A stretch of DNA of 63,984 nt, the filler included, from Saprolegnia diclina VS20 (Eukaryota), in the NCBI RefSeq assembly GCF_000281045.1. It is 5 parts of 3 records of this genome, joined end to end, with 100 filler letters (N's around TTAATTAATTAA, not from the genome) between each part and the next. Parts side by side here need not be neighbours in the genome. Positions count along the whole stretch, not along the records: positions 45,223 to 59,823 come from NW_008246090.1; positions 59,924 to 61,949 come from NW_008246091.1; positions 62,050 to 63,984 come from NW_008246091.1; 2 more parts are not named here. The stretch is one strand, 5' to 3'. Position numbers and translations under genes: made by a program. The notes under the pieces are model-generated. The model saw only the letters and a list, made by a program, of their open reading frames with translations, had not been told where the DNA came from and searched no databases. Shown piece after piece: positions 58,660 through 63,984 of this stretch (within the stretch, counting starts at the first letter, position 1; each line of letters opens with the position of its first letter).

Positions 58660-59763
58660 ATGGGCCGCAAGAAGAGCAAGAAGAGCGAACGCAAGAAGCA
58701 ACGTCCGTCGAACGGCCTGTCGAACGGCCTGTCGAACGGCCTGTCGAACGGCCAGCCGAAGGACCTCCACCACAAGTCGTCCAACGTCGAGATGCAATCA
58801 AGCCAGCTGGACGCGACGGCCGAGGCCTCGACGCCGACCGCTGCGCCGCCGACGTTCGCCGTGATGGACGGCGCACTTACCCTCGACGGTCTCGCGGCGG
58901 CAGCCAAGGTCTTTTGCGCCCATGACGGCGAGATGTCTCCGATGCTCATTGCGCGCAACGTGCCGCTGATCGCGTGGCGTGATGACGAGACGCTCAACGC
59001 CCGGCCGTTCCACGTCATCTTGTTTGCCACGTTCAAGGGTGATCCTCGGGACCCGGCGACGCTGGCCACGATCTACATCGCCCGACGCACTCCCGGTCGC
59101 GCGCATCAGCAGGCTTTGGCAAACACGATGATCGATCTCGGCATCCAGGCAATCAACTTTCGCGATGCGTTCTACATTGGACCTTCCAAGCGGCTCACGA
59201 TCAGTAATGGTGAAGTGCGCGAGCCGGACATGGCGATCTTCCAGCGCATTGATGGGTGGAAGAGCCTTGCGCATCCGTGCTTGGTGATGGAGCTCGACCA
59301 CGAGAACCGCACGTTCCCGGAGCTAGAGACGTGGACCCAGGGGTACATTAGCGTCCAGATCCACACAGCTGTCGGCGTCAAGATCTTCAGCAACCAAGGC
59401 GGCGAGGTTGGTCGCTTTGGCGCCGTCGCGCTCATGTACGTTCTTGGCGAAGACGGCGCTGCGACGCTCCGGTTTGCCGCGAGCATTGGCACGGCGCCGC
59501 TCACGCGTCAATCTTTGCGCGGGATAAGCGACGAGGTGCGTGCCGCGATGCAGCATTTCGAAGACGGGGTTGCGCACGAAGCGGCTCTGCACCATGTGCG
59601 CTGGGCCCACCCGACGCTGGCTCCGCCGCGCATCGAGCTCACGGTGGACGATCTCTGGTACCAAGATGAAGACAACTTGCTCGGCGCGGCGCCGCCGAAT
59701 CTCACGAGCCTCTTCATCGACCTCTACACCGTCGCCATGAGTGCGTATTCCGCCATGACCTAG
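58660..59763 (+). CDS. Uma2/PD-(D/E)XK-like protein, copy 5, with N-terminal NLS
   Basis: Intact ORF; MGRKKSKKSERKKQR, four SNG units, TPGRAHQ, REPDMAIF, PCLVMELDHENR. Confidence 0.75.
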   Translation: MGRKKSKKSERKKQRPSNGLSNGLSNGLSNGQPKDLHHKSSNVEMQSSQLDATAEASTPTAAPPTFAVMDGALTLDGLAAAAKVFCAHDGEMSPMLIARNVPLIAWRDDETLNARPFHVILFATFKGDPRDPATLATIYIARRTPGRAHQQALANTMIDLGIQAINFRDAFYIGPSKRLTISNGEVREPDMAIFQRIDGWKSLAHPCLVMELDHENRTFPELETWTQGYISVQIHTAVGVKIFSNQGGEVGRFGAVALMYVLGEDGAATLRFAASIGTAPLTRQSLRGISDEVRAAMQHFEDGVAHEAALHHVRWAHPTLAPPRIELTVDDLWYQDEDNLLGAAPPNLTSLFIDLYTVAMSAYSAMT

Positions 59764-59823
59764 CCTGGTAGCATGTAGGGAGCGTCCCCTTCTTGAGACT
59801 AGGTAGCCAAATGCATCAATACA

Positions 59824-59923
59824 NNNNNNNNNNNNNNNNNNNNNNNNNNNNNNNNNNNNNNNNNNNNTTAATTAATTAANNNNNNNNNNNNNNNNNNNNN
59901 NNNNNNNNNNNNNNNNNNNNNNN
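59824..59923. other. Artificial contig junction
   Basis: N44-TTAATTAATTAA-N44. Confidence 0.97.
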
Positions 59924-60125
59924 GTTTGTCTTGGCCGTGGATCGCGAGCTCGAGTGAATCGAACGTCGTGTATGCACATGACCAGCGCTCCAGCGCTCCT
60001 TCAACGGTGTGCGTGGCGCCTAGCTATGGCGTCTTGAAGGCCCATTTCAGCTAATCTTCTCTCTCGTATCACCATGTTAAGATGTGTGCGTTCACATCTA
60101 GTCCTGCTCTCGAGTATAACTTTCA
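59924..60125 (+). pseudogene. Possible degenerate PIF/Harbinger transposase C-terminal fragment
   Basis: SS..TVCVAPSYGVLKAHF resembles the SxxRxxVERAFGxLKxRF motif; interrupted by stops. Confidence 0.3.
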
Positions 60126-60648
60126 CACAAACCGCTCCTTGCAGTGTACGGAGGTGTGGCGGGAATCTTGATCGCACATAGACACCCAGTAAACGGCGCT
60201 CAGTGTAAAGGCGTTTTGGGGGATGAGGTGCTGGAAAGTCTGCAACGCCACCTCAACATCTTCTCCGACGACTGCAAACGCAAACTCTGCAGTGTCCAAA
60301 TGACTCTGCCTCGCAACATTCGGCCTCTTGTGGTCCTCTGACACTGTACGAGGACGCAGAAATACGTCCATCATTGTTGCTGTGAATCGCATTCTTGATC
60401 CAGTGCAGAGGGTGATCGTCGCTACAAGTGCAGAAGACGAAGACTACGACGCGCCAATGCGGCTATTTTTTAGCGATTTAAGAGCGCTTGGCATCTATGA
60501 CCAAGCATTGTGTGCGTTGTACGACTACAACGACGACGAATCGCGGCCCGCTCTGCTCTCCAAAGTGTCTTCTATCAATGTGCCAACTATGGGCGATTCC
60601 ATTTTAAACGTCATGTCGCCGGCAAGTGGCGTCGGCGTCGTGGCGTCC

Positions 60649-60725
60649 TGCCTCTAAGATGGCACTACGATCTTAGTTTGGCGAGCGTGGTGCCTCTCAG
60701 ATGGCACTACGATCTTAGTTTGGCG
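60649..60725. repeat. 35-bp direct repeat, 42-bp period
   Basis: TGCCTCT(A/C)AGATGGCACTACGATCTTAGTTTGGCG at 60649 and 60691. Confidence 0.9.
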
Positions 60726-61543
60726 CGCATCTTGGATCCCGTCTCGCGACCGCTGTACGCCTCGCAAGCAAGCGCGCCCTCGCTTTCCGTACTCTCCACA
60801 GCGTCCTCTATATATGTACCAAGCCTTGGCCAATTCGATTTCAAATGAAAAGCGGTCGACCGCGCGGCCTGGCGATGTTGCACCAGGTATCCGGATACTG
60901 TGGCTAATAACACGCAAGCTGTCGCGGTGCGTTCGCGATTGCGATTTGATGGTCAACGTTGGTCAAAATACAAAATGGCTCCTACGTCGTTGAGTGATTA
61001 CGTTTGCTTTGTATAGCACGGAGCACCAAGTTGCACCGTCGTGCGCGGCCTACAGCGCTCGAAACTCGTGTCCAAAGTGATGCCGAATTGCACTATTTGC
61101 GGCGTCACCAGGATTTATATTTGGCGTACGCCATTGTTAAGAAATGCTGCGATTCAAAACATACGCAGCCTCTTGAAGGAGGCCTATCCCCGATACGACG
61201 CTCTCTTTTACCAAATGCATAGCCAAGGTTGTCATGCCATTGGTATACGACCTTGCAGGTCCGTTAATTTATTGTACAGAGCCCCAGAAAATAACCTACG
61301 AAATAAGCAAGGAAAAAAAACCATTTTTGACTTTGCACATTGGCATATCAATGTTGGCAGCGCTTTGAGCCGAAATGCGCGTTCTCGATGCAGATTGCTT
61401 GCGTTCGGCAGCGGATGGATCGATCGGACGGTTGGCTTCCGAGTCACTGGATCCAAGAACCCGCTGCTGTGTTAATGCCATTTGATTCAACTTGAAAAGG
61501 CTGACGCGTTTATCCAAATGCACATAACATTACTTCTACTTCA

Positions 61544-61945
61544 TCAATAGCCGTCAAGCTCCCGGACACCGTCCCAGTCCTTTGGCACATCAAAGTCAAA
61601 GCTCTTCATGTAGCCCATGACGTGGGACACGGGGCCGTCGCTCGGCCGCAGCTCCAGCGCAAGTGAGAAGGCAGTTTTGGCCCCACGCCAGTCGCCCTTG
61701 AGATAGAGTTCAACACCGTTGGACGCCGCCTCGAGAAAGGCCGGGTCCAGACCCTCGCGAATCTCTTTGTACTCGGGATCGTTCTCGAAGTCCACGGGGA
61801 TCTGCATGTCGTCGCCTTCTTCGTCCTTTTTGAAGCTACGCATCGTGAGCCCCAGATGAATGCTGTCAATGGCTACCGAGGGGTCGCAAACCCCGGCTTG
61901 GGGTTGGTCACGTCAAACGTGTAGACTGTCAGCGGCGTGTCCACC
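61544..61945 (-). CDS. 3' end of a class III adenylate/guanylate cyclase (truncated by contig end)
   Basis: VDTPLTVYTFDV, intron 61836-61876, YLKGDW..A..L..RPSDGP..MGYMKS.DFDVPKDWDGVREL, typical of the tail of alveolate/stramenopile cyclases. Confidence 0.75.
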
Positions 61946-61949
61946 CTAC

Positions 61950-62049
61950 NNNNNNNNNNNNNNNNNNNNNNNNNNNNNNNNNNNNNNNNNNNNTTAATTA
62001 ATTAANNNNNNNNNNNNNNNNNNNNNNNNNNNNNNNNNNNNNNNNNNNN
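61950..62049. other. Artificial contig junction
   Basis: N44-TTAATTAATTAA-N44. Confidence 0.97.
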
Positions 62050-63984
62050 GCTGTACACCTTGGTGTGGTCTCGCGTCAGAAGCACGAGAATATCGTTGGC
62101 GACGTACGTGAGCCACGTGGCCTCACCGGTCACGACAATGGCTTCCAACCAGCTCCGAGGCGTCGCCACGAACCGCGATGCGCCAGAGGAAGATGTCTCA
62201 AGCGATGCGTTGGCCGAGCTCAGCAGCAAGATGGCCGACGCGCCTCGTAGAAAAGCCAGCGGTCGACCGATCCAGACAGCCCCCACAATCCGGTTGAAGA
62301 AGAAGAGGTTCAAACCGTTGAACCGCAGCCGGGTCTTGACCGCATACATTAGTGCTATCCCACCAACGCCCACAAGAATCACCGAGGTGGCGACCACAAG
62401 GTAGTAGAGAATCTGGGTCGCAGACTGCAGCGGCTGCGTCCCCGTCGTGTACAGCTGTGGACTATAGACATTCGACATCAAGGTGAGATTGCCACTGTCT
62501 CCTTGAAACGACACGACTTCGCGGTTGCCGAGGACCCAGTCAAAGAGAAAGACGTAGCCAAAGAACGCAAACGAGGGCTCGAGCAGAGGTTGTTGGAGGA
62601 CGACCCACGAGCCATTGGCTGCAGTAGCGTACTGCATCAAGCCAATGTTTAGCCCAATCTCATTTGCAACCGAGGTATTCCAGTCCAGCGCAAAAGACTC
62701 CAAGAGCTGGTCCGCAGCTGTGACGGCAGCAACACAAGCTGTCGCCGGGGACGTCACAGCGCAAACATCGGGAATTGCGGCGTTGTTGTTGACGGCGCGG
62801 GCGAGGACGAGCAGCAACGGATCCAACGTCAGCGTCAGTGGCTTGGCCTTGGCGCAATCGTCGAAAAAATCAAACGACTGCTGGACGTACGCTGTGCGCG
62901 GTAGCAGTGTGCACATGGGGTTCCCGCCGTAGAACGCATCGTTGGCGCGCCACGTTAATGGCGTCAAGCTCAGAGCTGCTGTGGGCAGCGCTTTACGGAT
63001 ACCATCGACGCCACCAAACGAGGCCAGAAGAAGCGCGCGCGCCGCCAAGTACGCTTGCGTGAGCGACGTAGGGACACTCGGGTACAGGCAGTCGACACTC
63101 AAGAAGGGTCCAACGACGGTCCGAAAGAGCTTGGTTTGGTTGAAGAACTGACCGGAGACCTTGGTGATGCCGTGAATGACCTCGAGGTCCCGTGGCGGCA
63201 AGGTCGCCGAGAGGTTCGTGGCGTAGTAGCGCGACGAGCCGTGCACGAAACTGCGGTTCATGTACTTGCCGAGGGTGAGGTCGTTCAGCGGCATCCAATA
63301 TAGCGCAAATGTCGTCCAGGGTCCCGTTCCCTGGGGGAAGTTCTTGATCGTCACAAACTGCGTCAGTCCGAGCGCGTTTTGGAGCGCGACCGACTCGGTG
63401 ATCCCACTCTGCCACCGGTTCTGCCACTGCAGCTGAAACCGGTTGAGCTTGTAGCTCCGCCAGTACGCGAGCTCGTCGAGAACAGTGGTCGTCGCGCGCG
63501 CCTGCGACACAATGTCCAAGAAGCGCTGCCCGGGCGCCGTCTCTTGCAGTGCCAGCCCATATGTGACCGCGAATCGGCTGTTGACACCGCCCCACATCGC
63601 CATGTAGTCGGCCCACACCACATTGCGCAAAATAGCTTCGAGGTACACGGCGCCGTTGGTCGCAAACTGGTCCTTGCAGCGCTGTTGACGGCCTTCAGTG
63701 TGCGCAATCTCAAACGTCTGGTTAAAGTCGAGCCAGCAGTGCTGCACGTTCATGCGCATCGACCACGCGACCGACACGGCCCGCAGCTGCGGCACGGCGT
63801 ACTCGATCGACGTGAGCTCGGTCAAGATGACGCGGCGGGCGTACGTGGGCGACACGTTCGTGGTGGCCGTTGACGCGTTGTACAGCTTGTACATGGTCGC
63901 GTCGGCCGCGTAGATACTGAGGGCCGACGTCGCGGTGAGTCCCAATTGGGCGTTGACAAGGTCGATGAGGAACGCTTCGCCGCC
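62050..63984 (-). CDS. Partial large multi-pass membrane protein of an expanded Saprolegniales-type family
   Basis: Open over the whole piece; CWLDFNQTFEIAHT..RQQRC, NGAVYLEAILRN, FQLQWQN, YGGNPMC, REVVSFQGD, FNRIVGAVWIGRPLAFLRG. Confidence 0.75.

Noticed and set aside
60649..60725. 35-bp repeat pair as a mini-CRISPR
   Set aside because: Only two copies with a 7-bp gap; a simple tandem duplication.

Overview
Eukaryotic, GC-rich, gene-dense DNA with short (about 40-60 bp) GT-AG introns. Oomycete-type INR/FPR core promoters and the gene families point to an oomycete, most likely Saprolegniales (Saprolegnia/Achlya-like); this is an inference. The window is five pieces joined by artificial N-TTAATTAATTAA-N linkers (1-26010, 26111-45122, 45223-59823, 59924-61949, 62050-63984), so adjacency across linkers is not biological evidence. 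Pieces 1-2 are mostly housekeeping genes: LRR-IQ protein, threonine aldolase, AF4-CHD-like protein, 2OG-Fe(II) oxygenase, PP2C, MDR reductase, two ABCC transporters, TBL2, SET methyltransferase, RING ligases, SYS1, F-box/kinase-like protein, DUF676 hydrolase and ketohexokinase. Piece 1 also carries a cluster of three paralogous coiled-coil/pseudokinase/C2 genes. Piece 3 is an accessory island: a same-strand tandem array of five intact copies plus one fragment of a Uma2/PD-(D/E)XK-like nuclease gene, three of them with an NLS-like N-terminus. The copies have mosaic, variable cores and are interleaved with a deleted Copia element, tyrosine-recombinase (Ngaro/DIRS-type) retroelement remnants and three inverted-repeat pairs. 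One pair holds the core promoter of one copy in exactly flipped orientation. Domain calls come from motif recognition by eye, not database searches, and exon boundaries of multi-exon genes are approximate unless stated.
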